Below are positions 29,421 through 38,002 of a DNA stretch of 64,000 nucleotides, piece by piece. The number at the start of each line of letters is the position of its first letter. Position 1 is the stretch's first letter. The position numbers were made by a program, and so were the translations under genes. The DNA comes from Myxococcales bacterium (GTDB taxonomy: Bacteria > Myxococcota_A > Polyangia > Polyangiales > Ga0077539). The notes under the pieces are model-generated. The model had not been told where the DNA came from. It searched no databases and saw nothing but the letters and a program-made list of their open reading frames with translations. The stretch covers positions 74,984 to 138,983 of the forward strand of contig JAEUKH010000018.1 in assembly GCA_016792845.1 (NCBI GenBank). Reading direction: 5' to 3'.

Positions 29421-32291
29421 GTGCACTTCGAACACCCCCTCGCCCTCGCCCTGCTCGCGCTCGCCCTCGGCCTCACCTGGGCCTCGGCGACGAGCCCCCT
29501 CAGCCCCCTCCGGCGCTTCTCGCGCGGCCGTCGGTACGCGCTCCTGGTCGCGCAGACCCTCTGCCTCGGCGCCCTCGCGCTGGCGCTGAGCGAGCCGAGC
29601 CTCCGTCACACCCGACACCCACGCGCCGTGCTCCTCGTGCTCGACCGCTCGCGCTCGACCGATCACGTCGAGGGCCTCGCGACGCGGCTCCCGGTCTGGC
29701 TCCGCGAAGCCACCCGCGGCGCCCGCCCCGGCGATCGCCTCGGCCTCGTCGAGTTCGCCGCCACCGCCCACACCACCCTCGCGCCCGGCCCGGTGATCGA
29801 AGACCAGCCGCCGCCGGTCGGTGCGCTGACCCAGTCGCGCGACGCGAGCGCCCTCCGCGACGCGCTCCTGCACGCCCTCGGCGCGCTCCCGCACGACGCC
29901 GAAGGCCGCCTCGTGCTCCTCAGCGACGGCGACGAGACCCACGGCAGCGCCCTCGACGCCGCCACCCTGGCCGCCGCGGCGGGCGTCCCGGTCGACGTGC
30001 TCCCGCTCCTCCGACCGCCGCGCCGCGACGTGGCCGCGCGTCGGCTCCGCGCCGTCGACCGGGTGAGCCCCGGGAGCCCCGTCGATCTGGCCTTCGTGCT
30101 CCACAGCGACGTGGCCGTCGGCGCCACGGTGACCCTCCGCCGCGACGGGCAACCCCTCGGTCGAGAGCACATCGCGCTCAGGCCCGGCGAAGAGGTGATC
30201 CACCTCCGTGACACGCCCCTCGAAGCGGGGCTCCATCGGTACGAGGCGCGGGTCGAGAGCGACATTCCTGAGTTAGACTCAGTCAGCGGCAACGAGGCCG
30301 CGTACGCCTTCGTGCGGGTCACCGGCGAGGCCCGGGCCCTCGTGGTGGCCGGGCGCGCCGCAGAGGGCGGCGGCGAGGCCCTCGCCGAGGCGCTCCGCAG
30401 GGCTGGCATCGTCACCGACCGGGTGGGCCCCGGTGAGGCCCCCGGGAGCCCCGGCGCGTGGGCCCGCTACGACCTCGTCGCCCTTGACGACGTGCGCGCC
30501 CGTGAGCTCGACCCCGCCGCGCGCGCCACCCTCGGAGAGGCCGTGCGCACCCTCGGGTTGGGGCTCCTCATGGCAGGCAGCGACCGCGCCTTCGGCCCCG
30601 GCGGTTGGGCCGGAACCCCCGTCGAGGCCGTGCTGCCGGTGACCCTCGACCTGCGCAATCATCGCACCCGCGGCGACGTGGCGTTGGTGATCGTCATCGA
30701 CCGCTCGGGCTCGATGGCCGAAGGCACCCGCGACGGCCGCTCGAAGCTCACCCTCGCCAACGAGGGCGCCGCGCGGGCCGCGGGGCTGCTTCACCCCACC
30801 GACCTCGTCGCCATCGCCCACGTCGACACCGAGGTCAGCTGGACCCTCCCCCTCCGCCGCGCCGACGACACCGAGACCATCACCCGCCGCGCGCGCGGCG
30901 CCGGCATCGGCGGCGGCGGGATCTTCACCGAGGTCGCCCTCGACGCCGCCTACGCGCTCTTGCGCACGCAGCGCGCCACGGTGCGCCACGTCTTGCTCCT
31001 CGCCGACGGCGACGACGCCGAGAACAGCGAGGCCTGCGCCCAGCGCGCGCGCCAGGCCGCCGCGACGAGCATCACCACCAGCGTGGTCGCCATCGGACGC
31101 GGCCACGACGAGCCCCACCTCGCCGCCATCGCCCGCGAAGGGCTCGGGCGGTACTACCTCACCGAAGACGCCCGCAGCCTGCCCGAGATCTTCACCGAAG
31201 ACACCGCGCTGAGCGCGCGAAACCCCCTCCGCGAGTCGCCCTTCGTGCCGCGCTTCGTGCGCGCCTCGACGCTCACCCGGGGCGTCGACCTCGGGCGCCT
31301 GCCGACCCTCGACGGCTACGTCGTCACCGAGCTCCGCCCCCGCGCCGAAGCCCTCGCCCTCGCCCTCGACGACGACCCATGGCTCGCGCGTTGGGAGGTC
31401 GGAGCCGGGCGCGCCGCGGCCCTCACGAGCGACCTCGACGGGCGCTGGAGCGCTGACTTCCTCCGCTGGCCAGGAAGCGGCCCCTTGATGGGCCAGCTCG
31501 GCCGCTGGCTCCTCCGGGGCGTGCGCGACCATGACCTCAGGGTGACCGCCCGCAGCGACGGCGCCGTCATCACCGTCGAGGCCGAGGCCGAGAGCGCCCT
31601 CGGCGGCTTCGACTCGACCCGCGAGCTCGAAGCCCACCTGCTCTCACCCGGAGGCGTCACCACCCGCGTGCCCCTCACGCCGACCGCCCCCGGCCGCTAC
31701 GACGCCCGCATCGACGCCGCCCGCCCGGGCACCTGGCTCGTCTCGGTGATCGACCCGAGCCGCGGCCTCGTCGGCGTCACCGGCGCCGAGGTCGTCTCCT
31801 CGGCCGAGCTCAACGCCCACCCCGGCAACGAAGCCCTCCTGGCGGCCATCGCCGACCGCACCCAGGGCGCCCTCAGGCGCGACCTCAACCGACTCTACGA
31901 CGGCCCGCGGCGGCCCTTCGTCACGCAGCGCCCGCTCAGCCCCGCGCTCCTCGCCCTCGCCCTCGCGGCGGCCCTCGTCGCAGCGACCCTGCGGCGCGTG
32001 CCCGAGGGCGCCCTCGCCCGGCTGCGGCGCCCCAAGACCGGCCCGGCGCCCATTCCTGAGTCTGACTCAGCGACCCCGCAAGGCGCCCTCCTCGACCGGG
32101 TGCGCGAAGCCCGACGCGGGCCATCCGCTGCGACGCCGGCTGCGCAGCCTGGGCGCACGCCGAGCGGCCCGGCCGAGGGCGCCGTGCAGCCCCCCGACAC
32201 GCCCGCGGGGCCGCCTCCTGAGGCCCCCAAAGGCCCGGCCGCGGGCCTCGACGCCCTGGTCGCCCAGAAGCGCGCCCGCCGTCAGGGGTGA
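29421..32291 (+). CDS. Large membrane-anchored VWA-domain protein (N-terminal double-TM anchor, BatA-like architecture)
   Basis: N-terminal two TM helices. Internal VWA MIDAS 'VALVIVIDRSGSMAEG'. ~950 aa. It contains two in-frame copies of the CTGAGT-N3-ACTCAG palindrome. Confidence 0.75.
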   Translation: MHFEHPLALALLALALGLTWASATSPLSPLRRFSRGRRYALLVAQTLCLGALALALSEPSLRHTRHPRAVLLVLDRSRSTDHVEGLATRLPVWLREATRGARPGDRLGLVEFAATAHTTLAPGPVIEDQPPPVGALTQSRDASALRDALLHALGALPHDAEGRLVLLSDGDETHGSALDAATLAAAAGVPVDVLPLLRPPRRDVAARRLRAVDRVSPGSPVDLAFVLHSDVAVGATVTLRRDGQPLGREHIALRPGEEVIHLRDTPLEAGLHRYEARVESDIPELDSVSGNEAAYAFVRVTGEARALVVAGRAAEGGGEALAEALRRAGIVTDRVGPGEAPGSPGAWARYDLVALDDVRARELDPAARATLGEAVRTLGLGLLMAGSDRAFGPGGWAGTPVEAVLPVTLDLRNHRTRGDVALVIVIDRSGSMAEGTRDGRSKLTLANEGAARAAGLLHPTDLVAIAHVDTEVSWTLPLRRADDTETITRRARGAGIGGGGIFTEVALDAAYALLRTQRATVRHVLLLADGDDAENSEACAQRARQAAATSITTSVVAIGRGHDEPHLAAIAREGLGRYYLTEDARSLPEIFTEDTALSARNPLRESPFVPRFVRASTLTRGVDLGRLPTLDGYVVTELRPRAEALALALDDDPWLARWEVGAGRAAALTSDLDGRWSADFLRWPGSGPLMGQLGRWLLRGVRDHDLRVTARSDGAVITVEAEAESALGGFDSTRELEAHLLSPGGVTTRVPLTPTAPGRYDARIDAARPGTWLVSVIDPSRGLVGVTGAEVVSSAELNAHPGNEALLAAIADRTQGALRRDLNRLYDGPRRPFVTQRPLSPALLALALAAALVAATLRRVPEGALARLRRPKTGPAPIPESDSATPQGALLDRVREARRGPSAATPAAQPGRTPSGPAEGAVQPPDTPAGPPPEAPKGPAAGLDALVAQKRARRQG
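30263..30282. repeat. Palindromic element copy a (cattcCTGAGTtaGACTCAG), inside the VWA gene, in frame (..DIPELDSVS..)
   Basis: Direct read. Family core CTGAGT-N3-ACTCAG. Confidence 0.7.
32051..32070. repeat. Palindromic element copy b (cattcCTGAGTCTGACTCAG), inside the VWA gene, in frame (..PIPESDSAT..)
   Basis: Direct read. Confidence 0.7.
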
Positions 32292-32322
32292 CGGAGCGCG
32301 GCCCATCGGGTAAAGACCAGCC

Positions 32323-33102
32323 ATGTTGCTGGTGATCGATGTGGGCAACACCAACACGGTGTTGGGGGTGTACGCCGACGGCGTCTTGCGCGAAGATTTT
32401 CGCATTGAGTCGGCCCGCGGCAAGACCGCCGACGAGTACGGGGTCTTGCTGAGGGCGATGCTCGAGCTGCGGGGCATCAAGGCCGCAGACATCACCGACA
32501 GCGCGTTGGCGAGCGTGGTCCCGGCGCTCACTGAGACCTTCGTGCGCACGGTGAAGCGAGCCTTCGGGCACGACCCCATGGTGGTCGGGCCGGGCATCCG
32601 CACCGGCATGCCGATCCTCTACGAGCAGCCCCGCGAGGTCGGGGCCGACCGCATCGTCAACGCGGTGGCCGCGTATGAGCGCGTGAAGTCGGGCCTGATC
32701 GTGGTCGATTTCGGCACCGCCACGACCTTCGACGTGGTCTCGCCCAAGGGCGAATACCTCGGCGGGGTCATCTCGCCGGGCATCCAGATCTCGGCCGACG
32801 CCTTGTTCTCTCGGGCCGCCAAGCTGCCCCGGGTCGAGATCGCGCGGCCCCAGAGGGTGCTCGGGCGCAACACCCAACACGCCATGCAGAGCGGCATCGT
32901 GCTCGGGTATGTGGGCCTCGTCGACGGCATCGTCGCGCGGCTCCAAGACGAGATGGGCTTCCCGTGCCGCGTGTTCGCCACCGGCGGCCTCGCGCGGCTC
33001 ATCGCGCCCGAGTCAAAGTGCATCGAGACCGTCGACGACAACCTCACCCTCGACGGGCTCCGCATCCTCTGGGAGCGCAACCGCGCGAACACCGCGGCGT
33101 GA
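32323..33102 (+). CDS. coaX: Type III pantothenate kinase CoaX
   Basis: 'MLLVIDVGNTNTVLGVY', 'GADRIVNAVAA', 'IVVDFGTATTFDVV' conserved blocks. Confidence 0.9.
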   Translation: MLLVIDVGNTNTVLGVYADGVLREDFRIESARGKTADEYGVLLRAMLELRGIKAADITDSALASVVPALTETFVRTVKRAFGHDPMVVGPGIRTGMPILYEQPREVGADRIVNAVAAYERVKSGLIVVDFGTATTFDVVSPKGEYLGGVISPGIQISADALFSRAAKLPRVEIARPQRVLGRNTQHAMQSGIVLGYVGLVDGIVARLQDEMGFPCRVFATGGLARLIAPESKCIETVDDNLTLDGLRILWERNRANTAA

Positions 33103-34091
33103 GGGCGCGGCTCGGCAGGCTCGTCGCCCTCGGCGCGCTGAGCCTCGTCGCCGCCGCGCTGGCCCTCCACGTAGGCGCGGCGCCGCTCTCGTGGGCCCGG
33201 GCGCTGCGCGACCCCCAGAGCTTCGACGCCGCCATCGCCGAGGCCCGGAGCGCCCGGGTCACCCTCGGATACGTCGCAGGCGGCGCCCTCGCCCTGGTGG
33301 GCGCGGCCTTCCAGGCCCTCTTTCGCAACCCCCTCGGCGACCCCTACGCCCTCGGCGTGAGCGGCGGCGCCGCGCTCGGAGCGACCCTCGCCGTGCTCGC
33401 CGGCGCCGCCGCCGCCCTCGTGCCCCTGGCGGCCTTCGTCGGCGCGCTCTGCGCGATGCTGGCGGTGCTGGTGACCGCGCGGGCCTCGGGGCGGGTGGGC
33501 GCAGAGGGGCTCCTCCTCGCAGGGCTCGTCTCGAACGCCATCACCAACGCGGCCCTCTCGTTTCTGCGGAGCCTCGTCTCGAACGGCCGCGCCCAGGAGA
33601 CCCTCTCGATCCTCCTAGGCGCCATCGCCGAGGAGCCCTGGGCCCGCGTCGGCCTCGTCTCGGTCTTCGCGGCCGTCGGCGCCCTCGCGCTGGTCAGCCT
33701 CGCCAAGCCGCTGAACCTCCTCGCCCACGGCCCCGACACCGCGGCGAGCCTCGGCGTGTCGGTGCCCAGGGTCGAGCTCGCGGTCTTTACGGCCAGCTCG
33801 CTCGTGGTCGCCGCCGTGGTCAGCGTGGTGGGCCTCGTGCCCTTTGTGGGGCTGATCGTGCCGCAGTACGCGCGGCGCTGGGTCGGGGCCGACCACAGGC
33901 TCCTCTTGCCCGCGAGCTTCTTCGCGGGCGCGACCTTGCTCGTCATCGCAGACACCGCCGCCCGGGCCCTGTTCACCTGGGTCGGGAGCGAGCCCCCGGT
34001 CGGCGCCCTCACGGCCCTCGTCGGCGGCCCGGTGTTTCTCACGATGTTGCGCAGACTGGGCGATTCGCGGCACGCTAGCGCCCCCCGATGA
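33099..34091 (+). CDS. FecCD-family ABC transporter permease (iron-siderophore/B12 type). GTG start overlaps the coaX stop (GTGA).
   Basis: Polytopic hydrophobic sequence with 'LGDPYALGVSGGAALGATLAVL' and 'GLVPFVGLIVPQYARRWVGADHR' typical of the BtuC/FecCD family. No ATPase or binding-protein gene lies adjacent. Confidence 0.8.
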   Translation: MRARLGRLVALGALSLVAAALALHVGAAPLSWARALRDPQSFDAAIAEARSARVTLGYVAGGALALVGAAFQALFRNPLGDPYALGVSGGAALGATLAVLAGAAAALVPLAAFVGALCAMLAVLVTARASGRVGAEGLLLAGLVSNAITNAALSFLRSLVSNGRAQETLSILLGAIAEEPWARVGLVSVFAAVGALALVSLAKPLNLLAHGPDTAASLGVSVPRVELAVFTASSLVVAAVVSVVGLVPFVGLIVPQYARRWVGADHRLLLPASFFAGATLLVIADTAARALFTWVGSEPPVGALTALVGGPVFLTMLRRLGDSRHASAPR

Positions 34092-34390
34092 GCACCCCCG
34101 AAGAGCAGGTGTTGGCCGACACCTTCAAGAACGTCCTCGCTGGCTTTGCAGGGCAGACCGTCGAGCGCCGCCTGCGCCTCCGGCTCCAAGAGCCGGGCGA
34201 CCATCAGCGCGACGAGGTCGCGATGTTTCGGCTGCTCCAGAAGGCGTGCCGCGAGTCGACGGAGCTCGCCGCCGCCCTCGAAGCCGCCGAGCTCGGAGCC
34301 GTCGCGAGCATGAACCCCAAGGGCGCCGACCCCCAGGTGGGCCGCCTCGTCAACGCCTTCAACCGCTTCGTCGAGGCGCACTGGCGCTGA
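34088..34390 (+). CDS. Small hypothetical protein (100 aa), translationally coupled to the permease (ATGA overlap)
   Basis: Start ATG overlaps the permease stop. Plausible globular composition. No family recognised. Confidence 0.4.
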   Translation: MSTPEEQVLADTFKNVLAGFAGQTVERRLRLRLQEPGDHQRDEVAMFRLLQKACRESTELAAALEAAELGAVASMNPKGADPQVGRLVNAFNRFVEAHWR

Positions 34391-34394
34391 GTGC

Positions 34395-34409
34395 CTGAGT
34401 CTGACTCAG
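34395..34409. repeat. Palindromic element copy c (CTGAGTCTGACTCAG), intergenic. It lies 5 nt after the small-ORF stop and 5 nt before the stop of the convergent Cys-rich lipoprotein gene.
   Basis: Direct read. Confidence 0.7.
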
Positions 34410-34413
34410 TTTG

Positions 34414-35058
34414 TCAGCGCGGGCACTGGGCGTGGGCCATCTCGCAAGCCTCGGGCGTCTGCGCGAGGCGGTCGCAGTGGGCGCCCTCGCAGTTGCAGCC
34501 TCCGACACCTTCGCAGCGCTGCCCGCGCCACGCGTACCCGAAGAAGGCCGGGCAAAGGCCCTCGCCGCGCGCGTCTTGCGGAGCGCACGCAGGGTCGCCC
34601 GCGTCGACCGACTGCGCGCAGGCCCCGCGCTGGCGGTACGGGCGCCCCGGGCAGCTGCCCGACGCCTGAAAGGTCTCGCCGTCGCACCCGCAATAGGTCG
34701 CCAGGTCTTCGGTGCACGCCCGCAGCGCAACGCAGCGCCACGCCACGCCGCAACCCTCGGCCCCGTCGCACATCTGCCCGTTCGGACACTCGGCGCTCGA
34801 CCGGCACGAGACCGTCGGCCCCGCGTCAACACACGCCAGCGCCGTGCACGCGAGGAGCCCCCCCTGACACGCGCAGCTGTTGCACCCGTCGGGAGACCCG
34901 CAGCGCTGCCCTTCGACGCACACATAGCCCCCCGGCCCCCTGCACACCGCGGCGTCGGCCGCCGCGTCACCCGTCGCGCCGCTGTCGGCCGCCCCGCCCG
35001 AGATCACCCCGCTGCACCCCAGCGTCGAGAGCCACACCCACAACATCGCGCGCTTCAT
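34414..35058 (-). CDS. Cysteine-rich secreted lipoprotein
   Basis: Signal peptide plus lipobox 'MLWVWLSTLGC' starting at ATG 35058. About 30 Cys in 190 aa. The upstream part of the track ORF is shadow. Confidence 0.55.
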   Translation of the reverse strand: MKRAMLWVWLSTLGCSGVISGGAADSGATGDAAADAAVCRGPGGYVCVEGQRCGSPDGCNSCACQGGLLACTALACVDAGPTVSCRSSAECPNGQMCDGAEGCGVAWRCVALRACTEDLATYCGCDGETFQASGSCPGRPYRQRGACAQSVDAGDPACAPQDARGEGLCPAFFGYAWRGQRCEGVGGCNCEGAHCDRLAQTPEACEMAHAQCPR

Positions 35059-35147
35059 CACCGTCTCACCTCGCCTCGTTGGCACAGCCTGGCCCATCTT
35101 CTTCGGGGCGCTGGGGTCACAATGAGAAGCGCGTGCCATCGGCCTCG

Positions 35148-35162
35148 CTGAGTCTGACTCAG
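35148..35162. promoter_or_regulatory. Palindromic element copy d (CTGAGTCTGACTCAG) in the divergent promoter region between the Cys-rich lipoprotein gene and the TetR gene, 55-70 bp upstream of the TetR ATG. Candidate operator.
   Basis: Direct read. Position is typical of a TetR autoregulatory operator. Confidence 0.5.
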
Positions 35163-35215
35163 GGGTGACGCCGACGCCTTGCGAAGGGGCCCCGAGGCCG
35201 CTACGGTGCGACGCC

Positions 35216-35857
35216 ATGGCAACGGGGGTTGGGCAAGGGCGAGGGCGTCTCGGGCGCCCCGGGCAGAGCGCGGCCACGCTGACCGCCGGCGCCTTCGCGC
35301 TGCTCGGCGAGGTGGGCGTGGCGGGGCTCACCATGCGCGCGGTGGCCGAGCGGGCAGGGGTGAGCGAGGCCGCGGTCTTTCACCATTTCGCGAACAAAGA
35401 GGCGCTCCTCTGGGCCCTCGCGGGCGAAGTCGAGCGGCGCGAGAGCGAGCACCTCATGGCGGCGGTGGCCGAGGCCGAAGGGGGCCCCGAGGCCCTCGCC
35501 GCGATGCTCAAGGCCATGGTTCACTTTTACCGCGAGGCGCCGACGCTCTTCGAGCTGCGGTACGGGCTGCGGCTCAGCTTCTGCGCCCGCCCCGAGGGGG
35601 CCAAGGCGGGTCGCCCCTCACCCCTCGCCAAGGCCCTCTTCGGGAGCCTTGAGGCCCGCTTCCACAGCGACACCCACCGCGTGCCGGGTCGTCTCAAGGC
35701 GCGGTCGCTCGTGCGCCTCGTTCACGCCTTGGCTTTGGGGCTCTGCCAGCAAGAGGCCCTCGATCGGGTCGAGGGGGCGACGGTCGCCGCCGAGCGCGAG
35801 GCCCGGCTCAGCGCGGCCCTCAAGGTGCTCGCATTGGCGCTCGGGTCACATTCCTGA
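35216..35857 (+). CDS. TetR-family transcriptional regulator
   Basis: HTH 'LTMRAVAERAGVSEAAVFHHFANKEALL'. ATG 35216 gives the typical ~17-aa tail before helix 1. A palindromic element lies 55-70 bp upstream and another overlaps its stop codon. Confidence 0.8.
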   Translation: MATGVGQGRGRLGRPGQSAATLTAGAFALLGEVGVAGLTMRAVAERAGVSEAAVFHHFANKEALLWALAGEVERRESEHLMAAVAEAEGGPEALAAMLKAMVHFYREAPTLFELRYGLRLSFCARPEGAKAGRPSPLAKALFGSLEARFHSDTHRVPGRLKARSLVRLVHALALGLCQQEALDRVEGATVAAEREARLSAALKVLALALGSHS

Positions 35858-35868
35858 GTCACACTCAC
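35854..35868. repeat. Degenerate palindromic element copy e (cattcCTGAGTCaCACTCAc) overlapping the TetR stop codon at the convergent TetR/uvrD junction
   Basis: Direct read. It shares the ATTCC 5' flank with copies a and b. Confidence 0.55.
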
Positions 35869-37892
35869 CCGCGGCGGGCGCGCAGGGCCTCCATGGCCTG
35901 GCGAAACGACTTCATCTGCGCGGCGATGTCTTGGGGCGCGAGGGGCGCCTGAGAGTCATACTGCACGGTCTCAAGGGTGCCCTCGGGGAGGCCCTCGAAC
36001 TTCAGAAAGCGCGACGGCGCGGTGGCCCGGGCGGGGCCGCGGCCTGAGCGGGTCTTGGCGCGCACGAGGTAGAGCTGCTCCTTCGCGCGGGTGACGCCGA
36101 CGTAGAAGAGCCTGCGCTCTTCGCCCGCGTCGATGGTGGCCAAGACGTCGGTGGCCTTGGGGCTGTCGGTGCGCGAATGGGGGATGATGCCCTCGTCGCA
36201 GCCGATGAAGAACACCGTGCCGAACTCGAGCCCCTTCGACCCGTGGAGGGTCGAGAGCGTCACCCGGTCGGTGTCTTCTTCTTCGTTCGAGCCGAAATTG
36301 AGCATCATGCGCGCGAGCACGGTGCTCGACTCGCCGACCCCGCGCGCCTCTGATTTCTCAAGGCTCTTGAAGAAGTAGTCGACGTTGCCCCAACGCTTGC
36401 CCGCGGCGATGGCGGTGGGCCCGGCGGCGATGATGTCTTCCTTCAGCTTGACCGCGACCGCCGTCTGCTGCGCCACGTCGTGGAGGGTGTTGTTCTTCTC
36501 AAGCGAGGCCCGGGCCCCGCGCACGATGCCCACGAACCCGCGAATCGACTCCTTGATCGACGGCGACAGGTCTTCGAGGATGTCTGCGCGCTCGCAGGCC
36601 GCGAAGAGCGAGATGCCACGCACGAGGGCGCTGCGCTCGAGCCGCGCGATGGTGACCTCGCCGATGCCGCGGGTTGGGTAGTTGATCACCCGACGCAGCG
36701 AGATCTCGTCTGAGGGGTGCACCGCGAGGCGGAGGTACGCGATGAGGTCTTTCACCTCGCGGCGCTCGTACACGCTCGTGCCGCCGATGAGGCGATAGGG
36801 GATGTTGGCCAGCCGCAGCGCCTCTTCGACGCCCCGCGAGAGGAGGTTCGAGCGATACAGCACCGCGATCTCGCGGCGCTTGTACCCGTCACGGAGGAGC
36901 TTCTGCGTCACCTCCATGACAAATTTGATCTCGCCCTCGTTCGAGTCACACTCGACGATTTTGCAGGGCTCGCCGCCCGGCTTGTCGGTGAAGAGGCGCT
37001 TGGGGTAAGCCCGAACCTGGCCCTCCATCACGGCGTTCGAGAGGTCGAGGATGGGCCGACGCGAGCGGTAGTTCTGTTCGAGCGCGAGGGTCTTGGCGCC
37101 CGGAAAGTGCTTGCCGAAATCGATGACGTTCGAGATGTCGGCGCCGCGCCAGCCGTAGATCGACTGGTCGTCGTCGCCCACGCAGAACACATTGCCGGCC
37201 TCGCCGACGAGCGATTTTACGAGCAAGAGCTGCGCGCGGTTGGTGTCTTGAAACTCGTCGACGAGCATGAACCGCACGCGGCGACGCCACGCCTCGCGGG
37301 CCGACGCGTCGTCGGTCAGGTGCTTGAGCGGCCAGAGGATCAGGTCGTCGAAATCGAGAGCCTTGAGCCGCTTGAGAGCCGCCTCATACCGAGGGAAGAC
37401 CCAGTCTGCCACCTCGTCGTACTCGTTGCCGCCGTCGATGACGAGCTCGGCCGGGGTGCACATGCAGTTCTTGGCGCCCGAGATGCGGGCCACGATGGCC
37501 GCCACGTCGAGGCGTTTGACGTCGCCCTTGTGGTCGCGCAGAAGCTCTTTGACGAGGCCCGAGCAGTCGGCGCCGTCGTACACGACGAAGGCCTCGCCGC
37601 GCGGCATTTCGCGGCGCACGATCTCGCCGCCGAGGGCGTGAAAGGTGCTGATCCAGACCTCTTTGGCGGGCGGCCCGACGAGGTGCTCGAGCCGCTCTCG
37701 CATCTCTTGAGAGGCCTTGTTCGTAAAGGTCACCGCGAAGATCGCCCGGGCCGGGACGCCCGACAAGATCAGCCGCTCCATGCGCTGGGTGATCACCCGG
37801 GTCTTGCCGCTCCCGGCGCCCGCGAGCACCAGAGCCGGGCCGGTGCCATGTTCGACCGCAGCCTTCTGCGCAGGGTTCAGTGGGATGCCCAT
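35865..37892 (-). CDS. UvrD/PcrA/Rep-family ATP-dependent DNA helicase
   Basis: Walker A 'AGAGSGKTRVITQR'. Motifs 'FVDEFQDTN', 'VGDDDQSIYGWRGA', 'TLHGSKGLEF', 'YVGVTRA'. ATG at 37892 follows an Arg-rich shadow. Confidence 0.9.
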   Translation of the reverse strand: MGIPLNPAQKAAVEHGTGPALVLAGAGSGKTRVITQRMERLILSGVPARAIFAVTFTNKASQEMRERLEHLVGPPAKEVWISTFHALGGEIVRREMPRGEAFVVYDGADCSGLVKELLRDHKGDVKRLDVAAIVARISGAKNCMCTPAELVIDGGNEYDEVADWVFPRYEAALKRLKALDFDDLILWPLKHLTDDASAREAWRRRVRFMLVDEFQDTNRAQLLLVKSLVGEAGNVFCVGDDDQSIYGWRGADISNVIDFGKHFPGAKTLALEQNYRSRRPILDLSNAVMEGQVRAYPKRLFTDKPGGEPCKIVECDSNEGEIKFVMEVTQKLLRDGYKRREIAVLYRSNLLSRGVEEALRLANIPYRLIGGTSVYERREVKDLIAYLRLAVHPSDEISLRRVINYPTRGIGEVTIARLERSALVRGISLFAACERADILEDLSPSIKESIRGFVGIVRGARASLEKNNTLHDVAQQTAVAVKLKEDIIAAGPTAIAAGKRWGNVDYFFKSLEKSEARGVGESSTVLARMMLNFGSNEEEDTDRVTLSTLHGSKGLEFGTVFFIGCDEGIIPHSRTDSPKATDVLATIDAGEERRLFYVGVTRAKEQLYLVRAKTRSGRGPARATAPSRFLKFEGLPEGTLETVQYDSQAPLAPQDIAAQMKSFRQAMEALRARRG

Positions 37893-38002
37893 CGTTGCCC
37901 CCGACGCCGCTACCCCGAGCCGCACCGAAGGTCGAGTTTTGTGACCGAGCGCACAGCCCCCCCTTTCGCGCCACCGCGACCTGTCGGTACCCTCTCGGGT
38001 GC

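Noticed and set aside
28851-31637. Minus-strand ORFs (28851..30236, 30279..31637) opposite the DsbA-like and VWA genes
   Set aside because: Gly/Arg/Glu-rich shadow ORFs.
35148-35162. Direct identification of the palindrome as an HspR HAIR site or HrcA CIRCE
   Set aside because: HAIR is CTTGAGT-N7-ACTCAAG and CIRCE is TTAGCACTC-N9-GAGTGCTAA. The element shares the TGAGT half-site with HAIR but has a 3-nt spacer. No CIRCE-like sequence was seen upstream of lon.
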